This document shows, one piece after another, positions 1 to 13,655 of a stretch of 64,000 nt of DNA. The stretch comes from Hormiphora californensis. Its lineage: Eukaryota > Animalia > Ctenophora. Under the pieces are notes generated by a model that made no database searches, had not been told where the DNA came from, and was given only the letters and a program-made list of their open reading frames with translations. Position 1 is the first letter of the stretch. The number at the start of each line of letters is the position of its first letter. The stretch is taken from assembly GCA_020137815.1 (NCBI GenBank), contig CM035356.1, positions 4,526,001-4,590,000 on the forward strand. The letters are read 5' to 3'. The position numbers and the translations under genes are program-made.

Positions 1-1094
1 TGTAATGAACTGGCCTGTGTGTCTGTCTGTGTGTCTGTCTGTGATCTGTTTGTATGTCTGTGATCTGTTTGTATGTCTGTCATATTTTATGAACACGGAC
101 CTGTGTAGAGGTCGGAAGAAAATTCTTGAATCTCCAATCTCCATGTTTCACTCTGATATTACAAGCCGAACTCAACCAATTTCAAAGTATGACTCGTACC
201 GGAACAGATTAATCTTCCAGATTTTATCTGCAGGTTCGTCTTAGTTTGAGGGTTGCCATAGCGTTTTTCTGTTTTCGCTCAATTTATCAGCACCATGATT
301 TTAACATTCCGCCCGAAGGGCGGGCGGTCCATCTCTTTATGCTGCTGCAGGCTGCTGCAGTTGTAATTTGTGCGTCTGTTTGTCTGTGCGTCTGTTTGTC
401 TGCAGCTGCTGCTCTGGAGTTACTTTCAAGACTAGCAAGAATTCTAACACATTTTATACTTCACTGCGTGTTAAATGAAAATTAACTTCGTTTGTGATTT
501 TATCCAAAATATTGAAGTAAGATTGCGATTTTGAAGCACATGTACACTTTTGTTCGATTAAGTTACTTTTAGGCATTTTGAATACAGTTCTGAAGAAGTA
601 TTTTTAGGAATGAAGTAATTACTGAAGTATATGCAAGTGAAGTACTTTTTAGGTGCTTTTGTTGCTATTATGATGAAGTATTTTTTTGAGTGAAGTAATT
701 ACTGAAGTATCTACCACGAAAAATTATGCTTCAGTCGATATCAGTCTAGCAACGGAAGTATTTTCAAAACTGTAATATAAGTGAAGTAACCAACAGAGTA
801 AGGCATCAATTTTGATGCCTGACATCAATTTGAGACAAATTTGATGATAGCTGATAATTGGAAGTCCTGCAGAATTCCTTCAGGATTCTTGTGGTATAAG
901 TCATAAATCGTTTGACGTACTATTTGGGCTTCTATGACAATTTTAGTTCCGAAAAACCCTCTAAAAAACTTTAAAGTCGATTTTCTCGAAACTTAAAAAA
1001 TGCAAATACTTCATTCTAAAAAAAAGGGGCAGAACATACCTAGATACTTGTAATCCGGTCTAAAGTCATGACCCCACTGACTGACACAACATAC

Positions 1095-3328
<2,234 letters not shown>

Positions 3329-3488
3329 ACCTTTCAATAAAACGATATGGATCATGTTTATAGTTCCTGTTAACAAGTGATAAAAACACAACTTTTCTGT
3401 CTAAAATTGTAAAACTCTAAGTTTTGGGAAGTTTTTTACATTCAAAATATATAAATTAAACATTTAACACTAAAAAATCATGCGAAAT

Positions 3489-6416
3489 CTAACAAAACTG
3501 GGCGATAGCTTCAATGATGTAACTGAGAGTTCCGCATTTTCCAGTCGGTGGGGTCATCAAAAAGTCATGTGACACCTTATTGTTACCATCGTTACCATGG
3601 TTACCATTATTGAACGCACTCATCGCTCCCTCAAGAATATGATCCAGGTCAACAACGTCAGGCAGATTAGAGATCATTTTCAGTGTGCTACCTAGCACCA
3701 CTATTGTCTCTATGTAGAGTTGGCGACGCTGAGAGGAGAGCTCCTTATCCAACCAGTTGTTGACTGCAATAGCAAATTGTGGCTCCCCCGGGGTCATCTC
3801 CTGAACGAGAGGGAAGGAGGGTAGGAGAGTTCCAGCCCGGATACCATGACAACGACTTAGAATTGCATAAACGTGGTTTTGGAAGTTAGCAGGAACCCTG
3901 TTTAGTACCCCGTCCACCCTTCGCCTCCTGCCCCAGGAACACCCTTCCTCCGGTCGGGTCACTCCCCCAAACAACCCTGATATCACTCGATACAACTGTA
4001 TAGGGGTGAGTTTACACAGCCCCGGTAGATCCGTTTCTGAGCCAGTTACCTCTAATGCAACCAGCCTGATTAATCTATCCAGTCTGAACCTCAGGATTCC
4101 CTCAAAGTAGGAAATACTTCCCTGGATCATCTGACAGATGTAACTGATCACCTCCTGGTACAGTACAAACAGTATGATGTCCTCCTTACTGTGTCTCTTT
4201 AGCGCATCAATGAACTCAGCGGTACCAGGGGGCTGGGAGATGGTTTCCTCTCCCTCCCCAGTACCCAGGGAGAGCTGTTTCTGGTTAACTAGAATGTGGT
4301 TGACATCCTCGCTAATGGAACTGTGTGTGAGGAGGTGGAATGCTGCACAATACCTTGCTACTTTCCAGTTGTGGGCTGCCAGCCCTTTGTTATACAGCTC
4401 CACAGCTAGGGGTCGTTCTGGCAAGGTCTGGTGGGTGTTATAATGCTCCATTAGCACCTCCAGCTTCCCTTCCAACCCCTCAACACCAGCCACCCTCTCC
4501 CAGAGATCTGTCGGAGAGGAGGCCGTGTCAGCTTCAGAGAGTGATGACACACTATCACTTGCCCTGAACCTCAAGGCTCGCCGAGCTGCTGAGGGATCGG
4601 TGGCAGGAGCAGTTGGTATCCACTGTTTAAACCCGTTATCCAAGACATCCTGAGCGGAGGATAGTCTAACCTGAACCCCCAGGATAGTCCCTGATTTCAT
4701 GCTGTTTAGGAACCTAACCATGCTCTCCTCCCCGCACCTGTCCGGGGTGAGGAGGACTGCCAGGACTGGTTGCCCTGGAAACATCCAGTTCCGAGACAGG
4801 TAGGAGATCCTGGCTATGGTACTCTGAATCATGATCTCCGTGTCTAGGAAGTTATAGAAGGAGTACTTTGATGCGTACTCAGGGAGAGAGAGGTAGAAGT
4901 GGGTGAGATGCTGGTAGAGCATGCTAGTTCGCAGAGAACTGACTCTCTGTCTCACACCTGATTGGGTGTTCCTCTTCACTTTCAAACTCTCCCACATCTT
5001 CTCAACCACGGTTGGCATGACAACAGAGATGTTGGTGTTATCGATGGAGAGACAGGGTAGTTGGTGGACCTCTGCAAACTGCTGACACTCCTCGGTGTCT
5101 GAGAGGAGGAGGATTTGAACTGGGGGAGCCACTCTGGGTCGCATGGCGAGACGGCGATTCAGAGGGTCTATGTCCTCTGTAGTAAGGTGGTTGTTGTGGA
5201 CAAGGCCCGCTACAATGTACAGACTCTGAGCCCAGATGAAAGGAGTTTTACCGCCTGGTACCCTATCCTGGGATCCTCTATTCTCCTTCTCAGCATCAAC
5301 CCTCTCTCTGGGTACATAGTACAATTCAGGGACCAATGGGAACCCCTCCTCGTCCCTTAGGGTTAGACCATCCAGTGCGGACTTGTCAGCAGCAGCCCTC
5401 TCCGCATCTCCCTGAAACAACTCGTCTAACCAACTGTAAATGAGGTATAACGGCCACTCACACTCCACTCCCTCAAACTTCTTCAACTCACCCGGGTTGT
5501 AGTGAAGGCGGGATGTATCCTCCAGCACTGTTTTATACCCGTCTAACAGGAACCTCTTGTACCCATATCTCCCTCTCAGATTCTCCCTCAACAGTCTCTT
5601 ACAACCCTGTATCAGGTCAGTCTTCTCCACGGCAAAGGCAGGATATGATAACACTGAGAGGGTGGAGCTGTCGTACTCTTTGCTACTACTCCCCCTAGGT
5701 AGAATGTTTTTCAGGACTCTGTTGCACTGTCGAGACATGTCAGGGGGTACCCAAATAACCGCATCTTTATCAGCGTCACTCCCAAACAGGTTCAGACCTC
5801 GTATTGCGACCAGTGCTGACTTGGCCATGCCCACCGAACAAGCACTCAACTCTCTGATCCCCCTATTGTTCTTGTCACCTCGTTCAAAGACCCCAAAGTC
5901 AGGTGTCCGGTAGGCGTAGTGGATGTAGCAGACGAGTTTCTGGATAAACTGAACCTCAGAGGAAGTCTGCACTACTACCAGACCAGAAGCAGTGATCTGA
6001 GCTAGAGTCAGGATGAAGAGAGATGTTGAGTCCAGTTGGAGATGGCCCCACTCTGCATCCCCCACTACAGGCAGTCCTGTTGTCGTGTTATATTTGGCGT
6101 GAAGACACTCCAGATGGCATTGTTGCTCGATGAACTTGTCAACTTTACCTGCCTGGCCCATCATGGATGTCAGTAATCCTCGTACCCCCCTCACAGTCCG
6201 AGATCTCAACTCAGAATACTCAGGAGATCCCGTGTCTTGTTTTCCGAATGCCAGGGATAGAGCCCAAACTGAGTGGAGAGCATAGGTACAATCCCTAACC
6301 CAGGTATCTGATCCAGGATGCGCTGGAATGAGCCCTGTATTACAGTCCTGGTATTTCAGAATTGTTTTTGCAGCCAGACTGTACCAGTAGCCAATATTTC
6401 CCTCTTTTTCACTCAT
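3489..6416 (-). CDS. Phosphorylase b kinase regulatory subunit alpha/beta family (GH15-like domain), intronless, 975 aa
   Basis: Motifs WVRD, LHAKYN..TG..VVGD.EWGHLQLD.TSLF.L.LAQ.TASG, YRTPDFGVFERGDK, GRYGYKRFLLDGYKT, FEGVECEWP, WAQSLY, RRRRVDGVLNRVP and EMTPGE are characteristic of PHKA/PHKB. It mixes alpha-like and beta-like residues, so no symbol is assigned. Confidence 0.93.
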   Translation of the reverse strand: MSEKEGNIGYWYSLAAKTILKYQDCNTGLIPAHPGSDTWVRDCTYALHSVWALSLAFGKQDTGSPEYSELRSRTVRGVRGLLTSMMGQAGKVDKFIEQQCHLECLHAKYNTTTGLPVVGDAEWGHLQLDSTSLFILTLAQITASGLVVVQTSSEVQFIQKLVCYIHYAYRTPDFGVFERGDKNNRGIRELSACSVGMAKSALVAIRGLNLFGSDADKDAVIWVPPDMSRQCNRVLKNILPRGSSSKEYDSSTLSVLSYPAFAVEKTDLIQGCKRLLRENLRGRYGYKRFLLDGYKTVLEDTSRLHYNPGELKKFEGVECEWPLYLIYSWLDELFQGDAERAAADKSALDGLTLRDEEGFPLVPELYYVPRERVDAEKENRGSQDRVPGGKTPFIWAQSLYIVAGLVHNNHLTTEDIDPLNRRLAMRPRVAPPVQILLLSDTEECQQFAEVHQLPCLSIDNTNISVVMPTVVEKMWESLKVKRNTQSGVRQRVSSLRTSMLYQHLTHFYLSLPEYASKYSFYNFLDTEIMIQSTIARISYLSRNWMFPGQPVLAVLLTPDRCGEESMVRFLNSMKSGTILGVQVRLSSAQDVLDNGFKQWIPTAPATDPSAARRALRFRASDSVSSLSEADTASSPTDLWERVAGVEGLEGKLEVLMEHYNTHQTLPERPLAVELYNKGLAAHNWKVARYCAAFHLLTHSSISEDVNHILVNQKQLSLGTGEGEETISQPPGTAEFIDALKRHSKEDIILFVLYQEVISYICQMIQGSISYFEGILRFRLDRLIRLVALEVTGSETDLPGLCKLTPIQLYRVISGLFGGVTRPEEGCSWGRRRRVDGVLNRVPANFQNHVYAILSRCHGIRAGTLLPSFPLVQEMTPGEPQFAIAVNNWLDKELSSQRRQLYIETIVVLGSTLKMISNLPDVVDLDHILEGAMSAFNNGNHGNDGNNKVSHDFLMTPPTGKCGTLSYIIEAIAQFC

Positions 6417-7716
6417 CTCCCTGAATCACATGAACACCTGTACTCAAATAGAAAAGCGTAGAGTAAGATAATGGAGCTAATTAACATTTTTATCAAGAAA
6501 TTATGTAACAGTGGATGCAGCTAAAGATATCTGATCTTGTGCTTTTTACGAATCTTTTTCGTTTTTTTTTCACGGATAAAAACTGGAATTTGCTGCAGGC
6601 CCACGAGCACTGGCTTTTCAACAACCGAGGAGAAGCTGTCGAAGAGAGAAAGAGTATGTACACGAGGTTACGTACACTAACCAATAACAATAATAACAAT
6701 AACATTATACATATTTAAATCGCTTTTGAGCTATATAATGCTATTCTCGATCAGCTTAAACAGCGTCCTCTCGATAATAGCAAGCTTTCTAAAGCGCTTC
6801 ATCGCTGAAATAACCTATAGACATTCGTCCTCGTCGTCATAGATAATAAATTATATAAAAATAAAAACGGACTTAGATAATTAATAAATAAGATACAAAA
6901 GACAGACTGAACACCGATGGACACACAAATACATGCAACACACACACACACACACACACACGTCATACACATACAAATTCATACAAACACAAGCAAGTTC
7001 TTAACATACAAACAATTAAGCACACAACCAAATTCACCAACGTCCAACGGAGTCTAGAGATAATCAACCCTACCACATACTGAACAAAATAAAGAAATAA
7101 ACGCTAATTGAATGTTGTCCTTATTACTCATTAGTTCATTGTGACTAGGACTCGCTTTGTCTTGGATTATTATTATCATGGTTATTGGTTATCATGGAGG
7201 AATATCAGTTTCACACTTAGGAGATATCATGTAGGATTTCAGGATTTAGGAATTTACTTTAGGTCTTTTAGTTCTGAAAATAGGGTGCTCTGGAGGGGGT
7301 TAATCTTCATAGTAGAAGCCTCCAAGAGCAATATAGCACTGTGAATTGCGTAGCCAAGACTACACAATTCACAGTCCCATTGTGTGAGAAGTCAACTGTA
7401 GACGTCAAACAGTTGCCAAAAGGCGTATCTACAAGTAAGTCAGTGTCTAGATCTGTCATGGGTGGGGATTCTTTTTTTATTCTCACACACACTTTTTTCT
7501 CACATTATTTTTCTGACATCCCTCTTTCTTTTTTTAACTTTTACTACCTCACATTCGATCATGTATTTTTCCGTTTTTTGCTGAGGAGGACGAAACATAC
7601 AGAAACATTTCAATAATATAATCTACTCAGTACCCTATCTCCCAGGACCCCGTCTTGAAAGTTCAATATTCAAATCCATATCATCCCTTACTAGCAACTA
7701 CACACATAATAACATG

Positions 7717-8073
7717 CTACTCAGAGAAGGCCTTGGAAAACAACAGTGTTTTTAGATCAGTTTTGAACCTCTGTAAAGTCCTAGATCGACGGAGCTCCCG
7801 CGAAAGATTGTTCCATAGCTTAGGCCCTGATACACTGAAAGCCCTTTCCGTTGTTTTGTATTTGGGATGCGGAGTTTCTAGAAGAAGATCATCATAATCT
7901 GCACGAAGTGTCATTGGTTTTTTCTTCCTCTTTTCCAGAAGGCCACTTAGGTATTCGGGTGCAAGGCCGTTCAGACATTTATAGACCAAAACACAGGTTT
8001 TGAAATTGATCCTTTCGCTCACTGGTAGGAAATGTAATGCCTTACGCAACGTCGTTGTGCCTTGCCACCTCCT
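7717..8073 (-). CDS. LINE ORF2p C-terminal part, separated from the main part by the palindromic insertion
   Basis: LHFLPVSERINFK...GLAPEYL...RAFSVSGPKLWNNL...FKTDLKTLLF is a typical L2/CR1 C-terminus. It rejoins the main ORF2 in frame (ARFIYGQRRWQGTT) when 8074-9419 is removed. Confidence 0.9.
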   Translation of the reverse strand, partial: RRWQGTTTLRKALHFLPVSERINFKTCVLVYKCLNGLAPEYLSGLLEKRKKKPMTLRADYDDLLLETPHPKYKTTERAFSVSGPKLWNNLSRELRRSRTLQRFKTDLKTLLFSKAFSE

Positions 8074-9415
8074 CACGGCGTGCCTGGTGAAATTTTAACA
8101 CGACCTAGCATGCGACGGGAAACCACCACTTGTACGTGGTAGCTGAGGGTCTACAGAATGGCGCTACGGTGCGGGAAAAAAAAGTCCATGCCCTAAAATC
8201 GTTTTTTTTTACTTTTATTTGATTTGGGTCAAAATTGGCTATATTAAACGTGGTCCCGAAAAATCCATAATGACTTAGCACACGAAATATGTCACCCCTA
8301 CCTATTTTTGCACGTAGAATCGATTGCCGTTGAAGTCGAATCTCTAAAATGACTGTAAAATGGTCAAAAGTTGATTTTTTTACCATTTTTTGGAGGTTTT
8401 TGGCCCCTAAACCATTGAAAACGTTGAGATAGGAATTTGAAACTAGTGCCAATCGTTAAAATGGTCATTTTTCTACCAAGAACCAAGTTTTCGTGTATAT
8501 CCGATTTATGGTTAAATTTGGGCAAATTGTTGAAATCTGCCAACTAGGAGAACCGTAACTTGATTTTCTTGTTTTTTGGATTTTGGCATTTTTGACAAAC
8601 TTCTGATTGAAATGGTCAATCGGAACCATGCTTAAGTTGTTTATGGGACAATTTTCGACTAAAATCCAAGATTTCATACCAATCCAATAACAGATCGTTG
8701 ATTTATAGAAAATTTAAGTAGGCAAAACGGTCAAAATGACAACTTTTCTTGCTTATTTTCACCGTTTTGCCTACTTAAATTTTCTATAAATCAACGATCT
8801 GTTATTGGATTGGTATGAAATCTTGGATTTTAGTCGAAAATTGTCCCATAAACAACTTAAGCATGGTCCCGATTGACCATTTCAATCAGAAGTTTGTCAA
8901 AAATGCCAAAATCCAAAAAACAAGAAAATCAAGTTACGGTTCTCCTAGTTGGCAGATTTCAACAATTTGCCCAAATTTAACCATAAATCGGATATACACG
9001 AAAACTTGGTTCTTGGTAGAAAAATGACCATTTTAACGATTGGCACTAGTTTCAAATTCCTATCTCAACGTTTTCAATGGTTTAGGGGCCAAAAACCTCC
9101 AAAAAATAGTAAAAAATCAACTTTTGACCATTTTACAGTCATTTTAGAGATTCGACTTCAACGGCAATCGATTCTACGTGCAAAAATAGGTAGGGGTGAC
9201 ATATTTCGTGTGCTAAGTCATTATGGATTTTTCGGGATCACGTTTAATATAGCCAATTTTGACCCAAATCAAATAAAAGTAAAAAAACGATTTTAGGGCA
9301 TGGACTTTTTTTTCCCGCACCGTAGCGCCATTCTGTAGACCCTCAGCTACCACGTACAAGTGGTGGTTTCCCGTCGCATGCTAGGTCGTGTTAAAATTTC
9401 ACCAGGCACGCCGTG
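8074..9415. mobile_element. 1.34-kb non-autonomous foldback DNA transposon, Chapaev/CMC-like
   Basis: Termini CACGGCGTGCCTGGTGAAATTT...AAATTTCACCAGGCACGCCGTG. Near-identical arms of about 660 bp surround a short spacer near 8738-8754. TCCT is duplicated at 8070-8073 and 9416-9419. CAC...GTG ends with a 4-bp TSD match Chapaev elements. Confidence 0.85.
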
Positions 9416-11975
9416 TCCTCTGTCCATAAATGAATCTAGCTGCTGCATTTTGTACCTTTTGTAACTCAGCAACATTCCGTTTAGTCATCCCAGACATCAG
9501 AGAATTGCAGTAGTCTATTTTTGAATGAACTAAGCTGCATACCAATATTGTCCTAAGCTTCTGAGATAGCTTTCCAGCAATTCGCCACAGATTAACCAGA
9601 GTAGATTTACATGACCTGACCACAGCCGTGACGTGTTCATCTAAGGACAGCTTCGAGTCAAAGTACACCCCGAGGTTCTTCGCCGAACTCGTTACCAATG
9701 AGGGCCCACTATCTTCAAATAGCTGCATAGAGTCAACAGAACTACCACCTCTCGGGGACAAAATCAGTACTTCAGTCTTAGTTGGGTTAAGTTGAAGGAA
9801 GTTTGTCGTGAGCCAGGCCTGTATATCAGAGACACAGCGCCTTAACTTTTGTTCTACCTCTGAGATATCATCCGAGGAATATGCCGCATAGACCTGTGTA
9901 TCATCCGCATAAAAGTGAATACCAACACCATGTCGATCAGCAATGGCTTCTAGCTCAGTCGTGTAACAAATGAACAATATCGGTCCTAAAATAGACCCCT
10001 GTGGGACTCCGATGGATAGTTCGGCAAGGGCTGACTTCATATCCCCCAACACCACTGCAGCATTACGCCCCGTTAAGTAACTCTGAAACCAATTCAGAGT
10101 AGTCCCCTTTACTCCATACAACTTTTCTAGCCGCTTCAGAAGTATCGCATGATTCACTGTATCAAAAGCAGCACTTAAGTCTAACAACAAAAGTACTACC
10201 TTCGACTTGTCATCAGTCAGAGTCAGTAGATCATCAAAGATCCGTAAGGTGGCAGTTTCGCAACTTTTGTGTCGACGATATGCAGACTGTTTCTTCGAGA
10301 GTAAATTGTTATCCTCCAGGTGCCTTACAAACTGGTCCGCTGCACACTTCTCTATTAGCTTTCCAAGGAACGGAAGATTACTCACCGGTCGATAGTTCCC
10401 CAAGTCATCCGGGTCTAGATTTGCCTTCTTGATGGTTGGACGAATCAATGCCGTTTTTAAAGCCGTAGGAAAAACCCCCGATGACAAGCTATCATTAACT
10501 ATTTTCGACAAGATAGGAAGTAGTTCACCGAACAGTTTTCGTACAAAGGATGTTGGTATAGGATCAAGGGTACAGTGTTTCGTGCTCATTTCCATGATGG
10601 TAGACCGAAGCACTTCATCAGAAACCGGCTCAAATTTGAAAATCGGAACAGATGATGGTGAGTCACTTTGTGTAGTCATGGAGACAGGTTGAACGTGATT
10701 GTGGCACTTCTCCTCCATTCGTCGATAGATTTTCTCAACCTTCCCTTTAAAAGCTCCCATGAAGGTGTCAGCAAGCTTGCCTTTTTCAATGTTCCCAGGC
10801 ATGACTTCAACATTTTCCCTCCCCAGAAGGTGGTTCGAAGTTTGCCAAGTAGCCCGAGGGTCATGCTGTTGTTCTTCGAGACGAGCCGCGAAGTAGTTTT
10901 CTCTTACTCCAGTCAGGATTTTATCAGTTTCCTTCTCCTGTGCTTTACAGTCCTCAAAGAAGTTGAGTATCACAACAGGGTCTGTTTTGGTCCGAAGAAT
11001 TGCCCTATATTTTCTTTCTTTCCTCCTTCTTTCCCTTCTTGCCCCTTGGCAGATCTCATAGTTCTGTGTGAACCATTTATTACTGCGAGTTTTAACCTTC
11101 CTAGTAACCACGGGCGCCCGAGTATCCATAAACCCCGTTAACACCGAGATATACAGCTCAACACACTGGTCCAGGTCATCAGGTAACTCATCACAAAGAT
11201 CCGACTGAAGAATGTCTTCCCTAAGATCCTCAATGTCAAGGTCTTTCATTTTTCGGCTTGTAACTAGCTTAAACTCACTGTTAGAACTACAGCCAGCCAC
11301 ATTTAGAGAGAAGCTCACTAGTGAATGATCAGGAAGAGCAGGTGCCCTATAAGTTTCCAGTCCGTCCAACGCCGTAAGGTCTGCATCCCTGGTTAGTACC
11401 AAATCAAGTGTGCCACCCCTCACATGCGTAGGCCCGATAACATGTTGAGACCATCCCTCCGACAGAATAAGCGCTTTAAACTTCTGTGTGAATCGGTCAG
11501 TATCATCTTGGAATCTAACATTAAAGTCGCCCATGACAACAGGAACACCGCCCTTTGATACAAAGGAATTTAGATAGCTGCCAAACTCAGTTATGAAGTG
11601 AGTATAGTCATTCCCCGTGCGATAGATAACAGCAAGCCGGACTCCAACACTGCCCTTCACGAAGATCTCCAGACATTCAAAAGACTTTGTGGATGTTTTA
11701 CACGTAGTAAACTTGATCTTATTCCGAATAATGAACGCCACTCCACCCCCTCGCTTCCCTTTCCTCGGTGCATTAACCAGAGTGTGCCTCCAATCCCCCA
11801 CCTCCGCCGCCAGTGAAGATTCATCTAAGTTAAGCCACGTTTCAGTAAGAGCTAGAATCCCAAGTCCATTTTCGACCATCATTCCCATGACCTGATTAAC
11901 CTTGTTCCGCAAGGAAAAACAGTTGCCAAGTCCAACCTTAATGGTCCTGCACCCTACCTTCCCTAAATCAGTCAC
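9416..11975 (-). CDS. LINE ORF2p (AP endonuclease plus reverse transcriptase), main part
   Basis: APE motifs LALTETWL, GGGVAF, VMGDFN, THVRGGTLDLV, PDH. RT motifs NYRPVSNLPFLGKLIEK, QSAYR..SCETA, LLDLSAAFDTVNH, GVPQGSILGP, FYADDTQ. Confidence 0.95.
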
Positions 11976-11992
11976 ACGCCCATCTTCACCAA

Positions 11993-13111
11993 CTAGTTTT
12001 TTGCATTCCTTAGTTTAAGAAGGAAAACAGGACAGTCAGGCGAACCGGCATTGTGTGAGGTGGCATTACCCTTCAGCTTAGGGTCACTGGCATTTTTACA
12101 GTTAGTGCAACACACTCTCCCCCTGTTCTTACAATCCTTTGTCTTGTGGCCTTCCGCACAGAACATACATGTAGCCTGTGGTTGCTCGCATTCCCACGCT
12201 TTGTGGCCAAATTTCTGGCAACGGTAGCACTGTGGAATATAGTACCGATCTTCCACCCTACAGGAAACATTTCTAACGAAAAGTTTTCCTCCCTTGACCA
12301 ACAAGTCCCGAAGAGCGCAAGAAACTCTCAACCCCACGTTAACCCGTTCTCTCGCTCTCGATTTCCCAACATAGACAACCTCCAAAGTATGCCCCTGGTC
12401 TAATAAGGAGCTCACCTTAGAGTTCTTCATCCGAATCATCTCAACTATGGCACTATCCAAATCACTCCGGCCCATATCAACTGGAAATTCTTCCACGGGA
12501 AGTGGAAAGTCCTTAACCGTAACCTTAGGCAGTTTAATAGATGTCTTATAGGTCGCTGCCTCGGGAAGAACTGCCTTAAGCTGACTCTCAGCAGATTGAA
12601 GCATGTCCTGATCAGGTAAGGCAATTATTACATCGCCATTGGCCTCCGCCCTCATGAAGGACACAGGTGTCTCCTTTAGAGCCTCAGAAGCTCGTTTTAC
12701 AGCCGTATCTCCCGCATTACTAATCGTAATTTTTGCAGCAGGTTTCTTAAGAACTTCAGCAAATGACCCACCGAGATTCTCACCAAGACTCGCCCTTAAC
12801 CCCACTCCATCACCCCGACGTAAGTCCATTTCTCCAACAAGTTTTTCTACTATGAAATCAGCGTGCTTACCAAGCTCACTCACCACACATCGAGCAATCT
12901 CCTCTCCACTAGCCCCGGTCTGCCCAAACCCCTTAGCCTTCCCGCTATCCACCGAATCAAAACACGGGGGGCATAGCCAGCATAATCCCACGAGTTTACT
13001 TACTTCGACGGGTACGGGCGGATCAGCATCATCTCGCTCCTCTTTGCACATCAAACATACCATCCTCTCTGTAACTGCTATCTCTGCAGCCGCCTTTCTC
13101 GTTATTGTCAT
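11993..13111 (-). CDS. LINE ORF1p with N-terminal CxxC...CxxC (PHD-like remnant) and C-terminal gag-like zinc knuckles
   Basis: CLMC...WLCPPC at the N-terminus; PQCYRCQKFGHKAWEC, CMFCAEGHKTKDC and CTNC...H...DCP at the C-terminus. Confidence 0.9.
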   Translation of the reverse strand: MTITRKAAAEIAVTERMVCLMCKEERDDADPPVPVEVSKLVGLCWLCPPCFDSVDSGKAKGFGQTGASGEEIARCVVSELGKHADFIVEKLVGEMDLRRGDGVGLRASLGENLGGSFAEVLKKPAAKITISNAGDTAVKRASEALKETPVSFMRAEANGDVIIALPDQDMLQSAESQLKAVLPEAATYKTSIKLPKVTVKDFPLPVEEFPVDMGRSDLDSAIVEMIRMKNSKVSSLLDQGHTLEVVYVGKSRARERVNVGLRVSCALRDLLVKGGKLFVRNVSCRVEDRYYIPQCYRCQKFGHKAWECEQPQATCMFCAEGHKTKDCKNRGRVCCTNCKNASDPKLKGNATSHNAGSPDCPVFLLKLRNAKN

Positions 13112-13337
13112 CGTCTCAATAAATAGTTTTACGTTGTAGTTGATGAAAGTTTGAAACCAGGCCCCAGGGGAGTTTTCAGCACCGCAAATAAAAAAGTGAC
13201 GAAAACGGCCATCTTGAAAACTAATAAAAAAAGAAAAGATATTATAATAAAAGAAGCCACATGCATCTGGCCTAACAATGTCAATAATAATATATATAAA
13301 TTGTTTTTGCCTGGCCGGCTACACGAAGAAAATCACA

Positions 13338-13492
13338 TAAAGTCGGATTTTTTGAAACTGTCACCCCAAAATGACCGCGCATGTGAAATTTATCAATTTT
13401 GACGCGCACACCACACGTTAACATGTGATGTGACGCGCAAAAACATTCCGCGCACGAAAAGGGGGGTGACAGTTTCAAAAAATCCGACTTTA
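13338..13492. repeat. 30-bp perfect inverted repeat around about 95 bp (MITE-like)
   Basis: TAAAGTCGGATTTTTTGAAACTGTCACCCC at 13338-13367 pairs with GGGGTGACAGTTTCAAAAAATCCGACTTTA at 13463-13492. Confidence 0.75.
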
Positions 13493-13655
13493 AAATCTTG
13501 AAAACTCAGAAAAACCAGTGCACTGGAAAAAGAAAACACTCGCGCGCGCTTTAACCTTCTTGTTTATGCGCTGCAGACACAGAGCGCGCGCGTTATTCGG
13601 CTTGGAATGCGCTGCCGCGCTTTAGCCAAACCCAACCCCCCCCCACCCCGCTCCG

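Larger units (their letters stand above)
6681..13230 (-). mobile_element. Near full-length non-LTR retrotransposon, L2/CR1 group (L2/L2B/Daphne-like); ends approximate
   Basis: ORF1, then APE-RT ORF2, then about 1 kb of 3' UTR ending on the minus strand in AAGCGCTTTAG...AAAGCGATTTAAATATG and a (TTA/TTG)n tail near 6681-6705, like L2-group 3' ends. No TSD was found. Confidence 0.85.

Noticed and set aside
8105-9296. Paired ORFs (70 aa identical on both strands; 115 aa) as a transposase or a duplicated gene
   Set aside because: They are mirror images created by the palindrome and show no transposase motifs.
10207-13139. Antisense ORFs over the LINE (and those over PHK at 4174-5913)
   Set aside because: Shadow ORFs of long coding sequences on the opposite strand.
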